From NCBI GenBank assembly GCA_049615605.1, contig JBMZFW010000003.1, forward strand, positions 1-37,370: a DNA stretch of 37,370 bases, written 5' to 3'. The position numbers and the translations under genes are program-made. The stretch comes from Alphaproteobacteria bacterium. GTDB taxonomy: Bacteria; Pseudomonadota; Alphaproteobacteria; JAQWUY01. This document shows, piece after piece, positions 19,754-30,467 of the stretch (within the stretch, counting starts at the first letter, position 1; every line of letters starts with the position of its first letter). The notes beneath the pieces are model-generated. The model saw only the letters and a list, made by a program, of their open reading frames with translations, made no database searches and had not been told where the DNA came from.

Positions 19754-19787
19754 AAAAAAACTACCGCCCCACTGGGGCGGTTTTTTT
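19754..19787. terminator. Rho-independent terminator after ftsZ, probably bidirectional
   Basis: ACCGCCCC-act-GGGGCGGT, with an A7 tract upstream and a T-tract downstream. Confidence 0.85.
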
Positions 19788-19799
19788 ATAAGGGTTTAA

Positions 19800-20067
19800 A
19801 TTTATGAGCGACTACGACAAGTAGTCATAAAGCGAACAAATACGAAGTGTAATATTTCGTATAACTTAATCTATTTTAATGAGTCTAGTACCAAGTATTT
19901 GTGAGCGACTACGACAAGTAGTCATAAAGCGAACAAATACGAAGTGTAATATTTCGTATAACTTAATCTATTTTAATGAGTCTAGTACCAAGTATTTGTG
20001 AGCGACTACGACAAGTAGTCATAAAGCGAACAAATACGAAGTGTAATAGACCATTAAAATAGATTAA
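19800..20067 (+). repeat. Tandem array (period 97 bp, ~2.7 units) of the palindromic element; last unit 19963-20067 is complete
   Basis: GAGCGACTACGACAAGTAGTCATAAAGCGAACAAATACGAAGTGTAATA starts at 19806, 19903 and 20000. The final copy has a 16-bp terminal inverted repeat TTAATCTATTTTAATG / CATTAAAATAGATTAA. Confidence 0.92.
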
Positions 20068-21228
20068 TTATTTAAGGTAGTCAGTGAAACGCTTAAATAA
20101 ATAGTGTGAGTCTTGTGGACCCGGTGAAGCTTCTGGGTGGTATTGTACTGAAAAGACTGGCTTGTCTTTGATACAAATTCCCGCCAGTGTTCCATCAAAT
20201 AAGCTGAAGTGTGTTGCTTCTACATTATCTGGTAATGTATCTTTGTTTACAACGAAACCGTGGTTTTGTGATGTAATTTCAACTTTACCAGTTGTTAAGT
20301 CTTTGATTGGGTGGTTTGCACCGCGGTGTCCCAAGTGCATTTTTTCTGTTTTCGCACCAAGGGCTAATGCCAACATTTGGTGACCAAGACAGATACCAAA
20401 GATTGGTTTGCCGCTTGCGATTAATTCTTGAATCACTGGAACTGAATATTCCCCCGTTGCCGCAGGGTCACCCGGACCATTTGATAAAAATACACCATCT
20501 GGGTTGTATGCAAGGATGTCTTGTGCTGATGTTGTTGCTGGAACAACTGTAATTTTACAACCTTGTGAAGCAAGGTTTCTTAAAATATTTCTTTTGATAC
20601 CATAATCAATGGCAACGATATGATGTTTTGCATCTTTTACTTCGCCGTGACCTTCGCCCAATTTCCAAAGGCTTTCATTCCATTCATATGGTTTTTCACA
20701 ACTTACATCTTTGGCTAAGTCAAGACCTTCAAGTCCAGACCAAGATTTTGCCATATCATATAATTTATCTAAATCAAAATTACCCGACTTGTCGTGGCAA
20801 ATCACACCATTTGGTGCGCCGTTATCACGAATTATTGCCGTTAATGCACGGGTATCAACACCAGTGATTGCCGGTATATTATGTTTCTTTAGCCATTCAT
20901 CAAAGCCAGCCATATTACGCCAGTTTGAAGGTTGTGTAATATCAGTACTTAATACCGCACCACAAGAAACTGGTTTTTCGCTTTCAATGTCTTCGTCATT
21001 TGTACCAACATTACCAATATGTGGGAATGTGAATGTAATTGATTGCCCCGCATACGATGGGTCAGTCATTATTTCTTGGTATCCAGTGATTGAAGTATTA
21101 AAACAGATTTCTGAAACTGTTGTTGTTTCCGCACCAGCACCGTAACCAAAGATTACTTCACCATTATCTAAAACCAGCACCGCTGTTGCATCATTTGGGA
21201 TATTCTTTTTATCAATATTTAATGTCAT
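20068..21228 (-). CDS. carA: Carbamoyl-phosphate synthase small subunit
   Basis: FNTSITGYQE, DPSYAGQ, LSNGPGDP, GICLGHQ, QNHGF, QYHPEASPGP. Confidence 0.97.
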   Translation of the reverse strand: MTLNIDKKNIPNDATAVLVLDNGEVIFGYGAGAETTTVSEICFNTSITGYQEIMTDPSYAGQSITFTFPHIGNVGTNDEDIESEKPVSCGAVLSTDITQPSNWRNMAGFDEWLKKHNIPAITGVDTRALTAIIRDNGAPNGVICHDKSGNFDLDKLYDMAKSWSGLEGLDLAKDVSCEKPYEWNESLWKLGEGHGEVKDAKHHIVAIDYGIKRNILRNLASQGCKITVVPATTSAQDILAYNPDGVFLSNGPGDPAATGEYSVPVIQELIASGKPIFGICLGHQMLALALGAKTEKMHLGHRGANHPIKDLTTGKVEITSQNHGFVVNKDTLPDNVEATHFSLFDGTLAGICIKDKPVFSVQYHPEASPGPQDSHYLFKRFTDYLK

Positions 21229-21264
21229 TTTATCTATATTCCTACTACTTTGATAAATTACCCC

Positions 21265-21293
21265 ATACTATTACTATTTTATCCTTTTGTCAA
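21265..21293 (-). promoter_or_regulatory. Sigma70 promoter of carA
   Basis: Minus strand TTGACA (21293-21288)-N17-TAGTAT (21270-21265). Confidence 0.65.
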
Positions 21294-21345
21294 ACCACAA
21301 TTGGGTGTATAATTAGCATAATTTACAACAATTTAAGGATAAAAA

Positions 21346-21798
21346 ATGCGTGATATTATCAACAATGCAATGAAAACCGCTATGAAAGAAAAACAAAGCG
21401 AAAAATTACTAGTTATTCGTGCCATTAATGCCAAAATTAAAGATGCGGATATTAACGCCCGTTCAAAAGGCAACAATGATGGTGTGAATGATTCGGAAGT
21501 ACTTGGCTTATTGCAAAATATGGTCAAACAACGCAAAGAATCTATTAAAATGTATACGGAAGGCAACCGCCCAGAACTAGCAGAAAAAGAACAAGCGGAA
21601 ATTGAAATTATTAATGAATTTTTACCTGAAATGATGTCAGACGAAGAAACGGAAAAGGCAGTAAGCGAAGCAATCGGTGAAACTGGTGCGTCTTCAATGG
21701 CGGATATGGGTAAAGTAATGGGTATTTTAAAATCAAAATATTCTGGTTCATTGGATATGGGTAAAGCATCGGGGATTATTAAATCAAAATTATCATAA
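21346..21798 (+). CDS. yqeY: GatB/YqeY domain protein
   Basis: AMK, KQRKESI, GNRPELAEKEQAEI..FLP, DMGKVMG; divergent from carA as is common in Alphaproteobacteria. Confidence 0.92.
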   Translation: MRDIINNAMKTAMKEKQSEKLLVIRAINAKIKDADINARSKGNNDGVNDSEVLGLLQNMVKQRKESIKMYTEGNRPELAEKEQAEIEIINEFLPEMMSDEETEKAVSEAIGETGASSMADMGKVMGILKSKYSGSLDMGKASGIIKSKLS

Positions 21799-21821
21799 GG
21801 TGTTTTGACAAAGGTAATTAA

Positions 21822-22649
21822 ATGCTAAACAGAATACTGTTATCAACAATAGTAATATTATCATTAACTTTTTTTGCTGAAGTCTATTTTAAAATAACTG
21901 TAGCAAACCAAACTTGGACTAAAACCGCGGGATTTTTAACGGAAGACAAACGATTTTACCCCCGTTATGCAACAAAAAATGCCAGTGATACATCAAAGGT
22001 AATAATTCCAAACGCATCTGATAAAACAATTATTATATATAATCACGGAACAACGGATTCTTGGTTAAAAGAAAACTGTGATGCCAATTTCAACCAAATG
22101 CCCGCAAGGTATAAAAAATTACAAAATAAGGACACGGTGTTTTATTACCTTTGTTCAACTGTAACCGATTATGATAAACCAGGGACATATACAGAGCGTC
22201 GCACAGTTGAGATTTCAGCCCTGCTAGACAAATTAATTAACGCAGGTGTAAAGCCAAAAAACATTTTCATAATTGCCCATTCATCTGGTTCGTGGGCAAC
22301 ACTATTATTAAATAAACAGCAAAAGAAAAAATTTAACGCTTTCTTTTTAACTGCACCTGCAATGGCGGGGAAAGTTGCAGAAATGAATACAAGACCTTTG
22401 TATAAAAAGGCATATTATCAACACTTAGATAAATTTAACCATACCCCACAAAAAGGGATAATTGTATTTTACACAAAAGACCGTTGGGTAAGGCAATCTG
22501 ATTGGAATAATTTTAAGCAAAACCATTCATCAAATGTAGATTTTTATACATACAGATGTTTAAGGGGACATTTTTCAAGTTGTAATTCTTATAACCATAT
22601 AAAAGTAATAAAACAATTTATGAAAAAATCTAGACAAGGCAAAAGATAA
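21822..22649 (+). CDS. Exported or membrane-anchored alpha/beta hydrolase
   Basis: N-terminal hydrophobic segment; IIYNHG oxyanion region; AHSSG nucleophile elbow; candidate catalytic Asp (KDRW) and His (GHF). Confidence 0.65.
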   Translation: MLNRILLSTIVILSLTFFAEVYFKITVANQTWTKTAGFLTEDKRFYPRYATKNASDTSKVIIPNASDKTIIIYNHGTTDSWLKENCDANFNQMPARYKKLQNKDTVFYYLCSTVTDYDKPGTYTERRTVEISALLDKLINAGVKPKNIFIIAHSSGSWATLLLNKQQKKKFNAFFLTAPAMAGKVAEMNTRPLYKKAYYQHLDKFNHTPQKGIIVFYTKDRWVRQSDWNNFKQNHSSNVDFYTYRCLRGHFSSCNSYNHIKVIKQFMKKSRQGKR

Positions 22650-22656
22650 AAATTCC

Positions 22657-22685
22657 TTGACTAAATAAGGGGTTTTCTATATATA
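22657..22685 (+). promoter_or_regulatory. Candidate rplU-rpmA promoter
   Basis: TTGACT-N17-TATATA. Confidence 0.5.
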
Positions 22686-22813
22686 TAAGCCATTATATGA
22701 TTCTTTGGAACATATATATAGAGTATATAAGATGCTATTTGAGGTTCATAAGTATTTGTTTTATTTAAATAAATCACCGTAAAATGCGAATTTGAGTAGA
22801 AGGGTGTACAATT

Positions 22814-23122
22814 ATGTATGCAATTATCAAAACTGGTGGCAAACAGTATAAAGTAGCCAAAGGCGATGTAATTCGCGTTGAAAAAGTTGACGCTGAAGCG
22901 GGCAAATCTATTACAATTGACGAAGTATTAATGATTGGTGGCGAAAAGCCAGTTGTTGGTGCACCAGTTGTTAAAGGCGCAAGCGTTAAGGCTGAGGTTG
23001 TTGAGCAAACTCGTAACAAAAAAATTATTATTTTCAAGAAAAAGCGTCGTCACAATTACCGTCGCAAAAATGGACACCGTCAACCGGTATCTATCTTGAA
23101 AATTACAGATATTAAAGCATAA
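22814..23122 (+). CDS. rplU: 50S ribosomal protein L21
   Basis: [14 protein letters not shown] ... [16 protein letters not shown]. Confidence 0.98.
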   Translation: MYAIIKTGGKQYKVAKGDVIRVEKVDAEAGKSITIDEVLMIGGEKPVVGAPVVKGASVKAEVVEQTRNKKIIIFKKKRRHNYRRKNGHRQPVSILKITDIKA

Positions 23123-23137
23123 GGAAAGGAATTAACA

Positions 23138-23392
23138 ATGGCACATAAGAAAGCTGGCGGTAGTTCAAGAAACGGTCGTGACTCAGAAGGTCGCAGATTA
23201 GGCGTAAAAAAATACGGTGGTGAAAAAGTAGTTCCTGGCAACATTATTGTTCGTCAACGCGGTACTAAGTTTTACCCAGGTAAAAATGTTGGTATGGGTA
23301 AAGACCACACATTATTTGCAACAGTAGAAGGCAATGTTTTATTTAAGAAAACAAGAGCCCGTACAACTGTTGAAATTACACCTGTAAATTAA
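23138..23392 (+). CDS. rpmA: 50S ribosomal protein L27
   Basis: [16 protein letters not shown] ... [10 protein letters not shown] ... GKDHTLFA. Confidence 0.98.
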   Translation: MAHKKAGGSSRNGRDSEGRRLGVKKYGGEKVVPGNIIVRQRGTKFYPGKNVGMGKDHTLFATVEGNVLFKKTRARTTVEITPVN

Positions 23393-23413
23393 TCTTGTAC
23401 TAGGTTTACATAT

Positions 23414-23450
23414 AAAAGGCAGGAAGTGTTATCATTTCCTGCTTTTTTTT
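23414..23450 (+). terminator. Rho-independent terminator after rpmA
   Basis: GCAGGAAGTG-ttat-CATTTCCTGC followed by T8. Confidence 0.8.
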
Positions 23451-23468
23451 AATTAATAAAGATATTAA

Positions 23469-25087
<1,619 letters not shown>

Positions 25088-25088
25088 C

Positions 25089-25430
25089 ATGGCAAAAAAC
25101 ACTGAATTAATGGAACTTATCCGCAATACCATTGACATCAATAAAGGCAGTGATATTACGGTAATTGATATGGAAGGCAAAGCGGACTTTGCCGATTATA
25201 TGATTATTGCAACAGGTAATTCAGGGCGTCAATGTAATGCCCTTTCACGTTATGTAGAAGACGAATTAAGAAAAACAGGATTCAAAGAAACGTTAATTTC
25301 TGGTAAAACCAACGGTGATTGGGTTGCGATGGATTGTGGTGATGTTGTTGTACACTTATTCCGTCAAGAAGTGCGTGAATTTTACGACCTTGAAAAATTA
25401 TGGCTTGACCCACCAAAAATTTCTGAATAA
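25089..25430 (+). CDS. rsfS: Ribosome silencing factor RsfS (Iojap)
   Basis: ADYMIIATG, WVAMDCGDVVVHLF, REFYDLEKLW. Confidence 0.95.
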   Translation: MAKNTELMELIRNTIDINKGSDITVIDMEGKADFADYMIIATGNSGRQCNALSRYVEDELRKTGFKETLISGKTNGDWVAMDCGDVVVHLFRQEVREFYDLEKLWLDPPKISE

Positions 25431-25433
25431 ATA

Positions 25434-25880
25434 ATGGCTTGGAATATAATTGCAATTGGTAAGATAAAAAATAGTCCTGAATTGGAACTATGCAATCGTT
25501 ATATTCAAAGATGCCAAACTCCGATTAATATTATTGAACTGGAAGAAAAGAAACCACTTCCAGAAGATAAATTAAAATCAAAAGAAGCGGAACTTATTTT
25601 AAGCAAGATTCCAGATAATGCGGTTGTGGTTGCACTTGATGAAACAGGTAAATCATTCACCAGCCCAGAACTATCACAAAAAATTAATGAATTTGACGGT
25701 GATATATACTTTGTAATCGGTGGTGCATTTGGTTTAGATAAACAAATAAAACAAAGGGCAAACTTATTATTATCATTTGGGAAAATGACCCTGCCGCATA
25801 TGATGGTAAGGGCAATTGTTTGCGAACAATTATACCGCGTTCGTACAATCTTAGATAACCACCCATATCACAAGATTTAA
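25434..25880 (+). CDS. rlmH: 23S rRNA m3Psi1915 methyltransferase RlmH
   Basis: LDETGK, FVIGGAFG, SFGKMTLPH, EQLYR, HPYHK. Confidence 0.95.
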   Translation: MAWNIIAIGKIKNSPELELCNRYIQRCQTPINIIELEEKKPLPEDKLKSKEAELILSKIPDNAVVVALDETGKSFTSPELSQKINEFDGDIYFVIGGAFGLDKQIKQRANLLLSFGKMTLPHMMVRAIVCEQLYRVRTILDNHPYHKI

Positions 25881-25941
25881 AGTTTTATTTTCTGCCTTTT
25901 TTTGCTATTATATTTATAAATAATTTTTATAGGGGATAATA

Positions 25942-27462
25942 ATGACAAAAAAACCTGTGGTTTTATGTATTCTTGATGGTTGGGGTGATGAAAAATCACT
26001 GGAATTCAATGCCCCAAAAATTGCAAACACCCCTAATTTTGACAAACTGTTAAATAATTATCCTAGCTCACATTTAAAGGCATGCGGTTTGGCGGTTGGT
26101 TTGCCCGAAGGTCAAATGGGTAATTCGGAAGTTGGGCATATGAATATTGGGGCGGGGCGTATTGTTATGCAAACTTTGCCAAGAATTGATAAATCTTGTG
26201 CAAATAAATCTTTTACGGATGAAGAAGCCTTTAAAAACTTTATTAATGATTTAAAGCAATCTGGTGGAACAGCACACTTAATGGGATTGGTTTCAAATGG
26301 TGGTGTTCACGCCCACATTAACCATATGACTGCCTTTGCCAATGAAATTATTAAACAAGGTGTTGATGTAAAACTTCATGTATTTACCGACGGTCGTGAT
26401 ACGGCACCTGCCATATCCGACAAAGTATTAAATGAATTACAATCAAAAACAAAAGCCCCTATTGTCACAGTGTCTGGTCGTTATTGGGCGATGGACAGGG
26501 ACAATAATTGGGACAGAGTGAAATTGGCAACCGATGTAATTGCACACGGTATCAATAACACTGACAACCCAATAGCGGACAATCCAGCTGAACTGGCAAA
26601 GTCATCTATTGCAAATGGCACAACAGACGAATTCATTAAACCAACAGTTATTGGCGATTATGACGGGTTAAAAGATGGCGATGGTATCTTTTGCACTAAC
26701 TTTCGCACCGACCGTGCAAGACAAATTTTATCCGCCCTGCTAGATTCAGAATTTGATGAATACGATGCTCACAACACAAAAATTGCAAGTGCTTGCGGAG
26801 TGGTAAGTTATTCATACAAGCACGATGAATATATGGAAACTATATTTAAACCAATTCCAATAACAAATACATTGGGTGAAGTTGTATCCCGTGCAGGATT
26901 AAAACAAATAAGAACTGCCGAAACAGAGAAATATCCACATGTGACATTCTTTTTAAACGGTGGCGAAGAAACGGAATTCCAAGGCGAAGAAAGATTATTA
27001 TCAAACAGCCCAAAGGTTGCAACTTATGACTTAAAACCAGAAATGAGCGCTTATGATGTTGCCGAAAATCTTGTTAACAGGTTATCGCTTGGTGATATTG
27101 ATATGGTTGTATTAAACTTTGCCAACCCTGATATGGTTGGTCATACGGGCATATTGGACGCGGCGGTTAAGGCGTGCGAAGCGGTTGATGAATGCCTTGG
27201 TAAAGTATGGACGGAAGTTGAAAAACAAAATGGTGTTTTACTTGTAACCGCCGACCATGGAAATTGCGATATTATGTACGATGTGGAAAAAGACGAACCA
27301 CATACGGCACACACCCTTAATCCAGTAAACTTTATTGTTGCTGGTGGTGGTGATATTGAATTAAACGATGGTGTGTTGGGTGATATTGCCCCGACAATGT
27401 TATATTTATTGGGTGTAGAAAAGCCAACGGAAATGACTGGGGAAAACCTTATAAAATGTTAA
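25942..27462 (+). CDS. gpmI: 2,3-BPG-independent phosphoglycerate mutase
   Basis: ILDGWG, GQMGNSEVGH, DGRD, AETEKYPHVT, NPDMVGHTG, TADHGN. Confidence 0.97.
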   Translation: MTKKPVVLCILDGWGDEKSLEFNAPKIANTPNFDKLLNNYPSSHLKACGLAVGLPEGQMGNSEVGHMNIGAGRIVMQTLPRIDKSCANKSFTDEEAFKNFINDLKQSGGTAHLMGLVSNGGVHAHINHMTAFANEIIKQGVDVKLHVFTDGRDTAPAISDKVLNELQSKTKAPIVTVSGRYWAMDRDNNWDRVKLATDVIAHGINNTDNPIADNPAELAKSSIANGTTDEFIKPTVIGDYDGLKDGDGIFCTNFRTDRARQILSALLDSEFDEYDAHNTKIASACGVVSYSYKHDEYMETIFKPIPITNTLGEVVSRAGLKQIRTAETEKYPHVTFFLNGGEETEFQGEERLLSNSPKVATYDLKPEMSAYDVAENLVNRLSLGDIDMVVLNFANPDMVGHTGILDAAVKACEAVDECLGKVWTEVEKQNGVLLVTADHGNCDIMYDVEKDEPHTAHTLNPVNFIVAGGGDIELNDGVLGDIAPTMLYLLGVEKPTEMTGENLIKC

Positions 27463-28595
27463 AAAGGTTTTTATTAATTGTTATTGCTTCGCTTGTTGTT
27501 GGTTCATATTCATTTGCCAATGACACAGATGAATTAATTAAAAATCAAAAAGATTTAGACAAAATCCAAGTTGAAAAATCAAACCAAATAAAATTAAAAA
27601 AGAAAATTAAGCAAGAAATTAATCGATTGCAAACCCTTACAAAAAATATTGCAAAGCAAAGCCAAGAATATGAAAAGCAACTTTCTTTATTGGAACAAAA
27701 TATTTCTTCGCTTAATGAAGAATATGATACAAAGCTTGCCCAATTAAGAATTCAGACAAAGAAACTTGCATCTATTATATTAACCGCACAAAAAATTTCC
27801 AATCACCCAGAAACATCTATATTCCTGTACCCAGGCTCATCTAAAAAAGCTGTGCAAAGCACTTTTATATTAAAAATGTTATTAAAAGATATTGAAAAAA
27901 CTAGGACAAGTGTACAAAACAACCTAGCCGACCTAGAAGAAATGCAAAAAGCACTAAGCGTTAAACAAGACGGGTTCTTGCAGAAACAAAAGCAACTAGC
28001 AAAAAATAATAAAAAGCTAAAATATGAACTTGGTAATAAAAAATTATTAGAACAGAAATCTAATAAAAAGATTTCTTCATTGGAAGAAAAGTCTAAAAAA
28101 CTTTCTAAGAAAATTAAAAATATAAAAGACTTCCTTGAAAAAGTTGAAGCGGAACGAAGAAAGCGTAATAAACAAAGATTAAATAAGCCTGTGTCAATTA
28201 AGAAATTCCCACGCTCTGGTCGTATATCAAGCCCTGTTTCAGGTAAGATAACAAAATCATTTAATTCAAAGACTGTGTCTGGTAAAAAGCATACTGGCAT
28301 CACAATCCAAGCCCGTGGTGGTGCAATGGTAATTGCCCCATTTGATGGTTATATTGCATATGCTGATAAATTTAAACAATTGGGCAATGTTGTTATCATT
28401 TCCCACGAAGGCGGTTATAATAGTGTGTTAATTGGTCTTAATGAAATATACGCGAAAAAAGGTACTTGGGTATTAACAGATGAACCAATTGGTTCACTGC
28501 CAAAAGGTAATCCAAAGCTCCAATATGAAATTAGGTATGGCACAAAAGCGTTAAATCCATTAAGATGGGTAGATAAGAAAATGTTAAGGAGATAA
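27456..28595 (+). CDS. envC: EnvC-like murein hydrolase activator (coiled coil plus degenerate M23/LytM domain)
   Basis: Signal peptide, long Lys-rich coiled coil, LytM fold lacking the HxxxD/HxH ligands (HTGIT; LQYEIR); position between gpmI and ctpA. Confidence 0.8.
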   Translation: MLKRFLLIVIASLVVGSYSFANDTDELIKNQKDLDKIQVEKSNQIKLKKKIKQEINRLQTLTKNIAKQSQEYEKQLSLLEQNISSLNEEYDTKLAQLRIQTKKLASIILTAQKISNHPETSIFLYPGSSKKAVQSTFILKMLLKDIEKTRTSVQNNLADLEEMQKALSVKQDGFLQKQKQLAKNNKKLKYELGNKKLLEQKSNKKISSLEEKSKKLSKKIKNIKDFLEKVEAERRKRNKQRLNKPVSIKKFPRSGRISSPVSGKITKSFNSKTVSGKKHTGITIQARGGAMVIAPFDGYIAYADKFKQLGNVVIISHEGGYNSVLIGLNEIYAKKGTWVLTDEPIGSLPKGNPKLQYEIRYGTKALNPLRWVDKKMLRR

Positions 28596-28599
28596 TCTT

Positions 28600-29916
28600 A
28601 TGAAAAAGTTAGCTAAAGTAGTACTTGCATTATCAATGGTAGGTGCTATTTCAACATATAGTTTCGCCAACAAAGATAATAGTGATTTTTTCCAAAAATC
28701 TGAAAAATTTGTACAAGTTTTAAGAATTATTAAAAATGTTTATGTAGAAGAAAAATCTTACAAAGAATTATTTGACCATGCCATTCAAGGTATGCTTACA
28801 AAACTTGACCCACATTCAGCTTACTTAACAGAAGATGACTTTGATAAATCAGAAGAATCAACATCTGGTAAATTTGCGGGCGTTGGTATGACTGTTGAAA
28901 AAGATGAAAAAACTGGCTTCATTCGTGTTGTATCGCCTATTCACGGCACACCTGCGGAAAAAGCGGGTATGAAATCAGGTGACCTTGTAATTAAAATCGC
29001 AGACACATTCACTGATTCACTTCCATTTAAAGATGGGGTTAATATGCTTCGCGGTAAACCAAAAACAAAGGTAACAATTAAAGTATGGCGTGGTAAACAA
29101 GAACCATTTGATGTAACAATTACCCGTGCGATTATTAAAGTACCAAGCATTAAAGCCGAATTACTTGATAACAATATCGGTCACATAAGAATTATTCAAT
29201 TCCAAGAAAAAACAACAGCTGATCTTAAAAATGAAATTAAGAAACTTAATAAAAAATCTAAGAATAAGATAAGAGGCTTCATTATTGACCTTCGCAATAA
29301 TCCAGGTGGATTATTATCAGAAGCAATCAGCATATCTGATTCATTTCTTAACAAAGGGGAAATTGTTTCAATTCGTGGTCGTAACAAAGAAAATGCTCGC
29401 AGATGGAATGCAAAAAAAGGTGACTTAACAAATAATAAACCAATCGTTGTTCTTGTTAACCGTGGTTCGGCATCTGCATCTGAAATTGTTGCTGGCGCAT
29501 TACAAGACCACAAACGTGCAATTATTGTTGGCGATAAGACTTTTGGTAAAGGTTCTGTTCAATCAATAATTCCAATTGGTGAAAAAGAGTCTGTTAAATT
29601 AACAACGGCTAGATATTACACACCAAGCGGTCGCAGTATCCAAAAACTAGGCATTGTTCCAGACATTAGAATTCCAAACCTTATTATTGAAAAAGAACTG
29701 GATGACTTTGAATATGGTGAAGACAAATTATCTGGTGCAATTGATAATCCACAAAAAGACAAAAAAGATGGTAAAAAAGTTTCTGTAAATGATAAACTAA
29801 AAGAAAAAGAAACTGGCAAGCCTGTAAAAAATCAAAGCTTAAATATTACTGATTATTCACTTGCTAGGGCTATTGATATTCTTGAAACTGTTATATTAAC
29901 GAATGTCAAAAGATAA
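28600..29916 (+). CDS. ctpA: Carboxy-terminal processing protease, S41 family
   Basis: LDPHSAY, PDZ domain, DLRNNPGG, SASASEIVAGALQD, TFGKGSVQ, TARYYTPSG. Confidence 0.93.
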   Translation: MKKLAKVVLALSMVGAISTYSFANKDNSDFFQKSEKFVQVLRIIKNVYVEEKSYKELFDHAIQGMLTKLDPHSAYLTEDDFDKSEESTSGKFAGVGMTVEKDEKTGFIRVVSPIHGTPAEKAGMKSGDLVIKIADTFTDSLPFKDGVNMLRGKPKTKVTIKVWRGKQEPFDVTITRAIIKVPSIKAELLDNNIGHIRIIQFQEKTTADLKNEIKKLNKKSKNKIRGFIIDLRNNPGGLLSEAISISDSFLNKGEIVSIRGRNKENARRWNAKKGDLTNNKPIVVLVNRGSASASEIVAGALQDHKRAIIVGDKTFGKGSVQSIIPIGEKESVKLTTARYYTPSGRSIQKLGIVPDIRIPNLIIEKELDDFEYGEDKLSGAIDNPQKDKKDGKKVSVNDKLKEKETGKPVKNQSLNITDYSLARAIDILETVILTNVKR

Positions 29917-30382
29917 CCGACCATATCGCCCCAATGTGGGAATAATGTTATTAAACAATGACATGTCTATGGTATGGGTTGGTTCACGCATTGACATGCC
30001 AAGCCCATATTGGCAAATGCCACAAGGTGGGGTTGATGACGGCGAAGACATTGAAACAGCAATGTGGCGTGAATTAATGGAAGAAATCGGTGTCTCTAAA
30101 TCCGATGCTGAAATAATTGATTATCACAAAGATTGGATAATGTATGATTTACCACAAGATATTTCACATAAATTATGGGACGGAAAATATCGTGGGCAAA
30201 AACAAAAGTGGTTTGTGTTAAGATTAACCGCTGATGACAGTGTAATTAACATTGCAACAGATGAACCAGAATTTAATGAATGGAAATGGTCAAACACCCA
30301 CGATTTAATTGAAAATATAGTACCGTTTAAAAAAGATGTATACAAACAAATCGCAAAAGATTTTTCAAAACATTTAAAATAA
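29903..30382 (+). CDS. rppH: RNA pyrophosphohydrolase RppH
   Basis: YRPNVG, WQMPQGG Nudix box RELMEEIG, GQKQKWF, PFKKDVY. Confidence 0.95.
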   Translation: MSKDNRPYRPNVGIMLLNNDMSMVWVGSRIDMPSPYWQMPQGGVDDGEDIETAMWRELMEEIGVSKSDAEIIDYHKDWIMYDLPQDISHKLWDGKYRGQKQKWFVLRLTADDSVINIATDEPEFNEWKWSNTHDLIENIVPFKKDVYKQIAKDFSKHLK

Positions 30383-30467
30383 TACTTTTTGTTTTTGGTA
30401 AATTATTATGTATGTAATAATAGTACAGAAAGCTATATACTAGCCAAGCAAATAAAACAGCAGATAA

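Noticed and set aside
19838-19866. loxP-like site (ATACGAAGT ... TTCGTATA)
   Set aside because: The arms resemble loxP half-sites but are in reversed order without the 8-bp spacer. Better explained as the repeat junction.
19800-20067. CRISPR array
   Set aside because: The sequences between the palindromic cores are identical, so there are no unique spacers. The unit is 97 bp and no cas genes are present.
28260-28595. Pseudogenised M23 peptidase
   Set aside because: Loss of the zinc ligands is normal for EnvC-type activators and the ORF is intact.
30383-30467. Terminator between convergent rppH and trmJ
   Set aside because: Only weak AT-only hairpins (ATTATTA/TAATAAT) are present, not enough to call.
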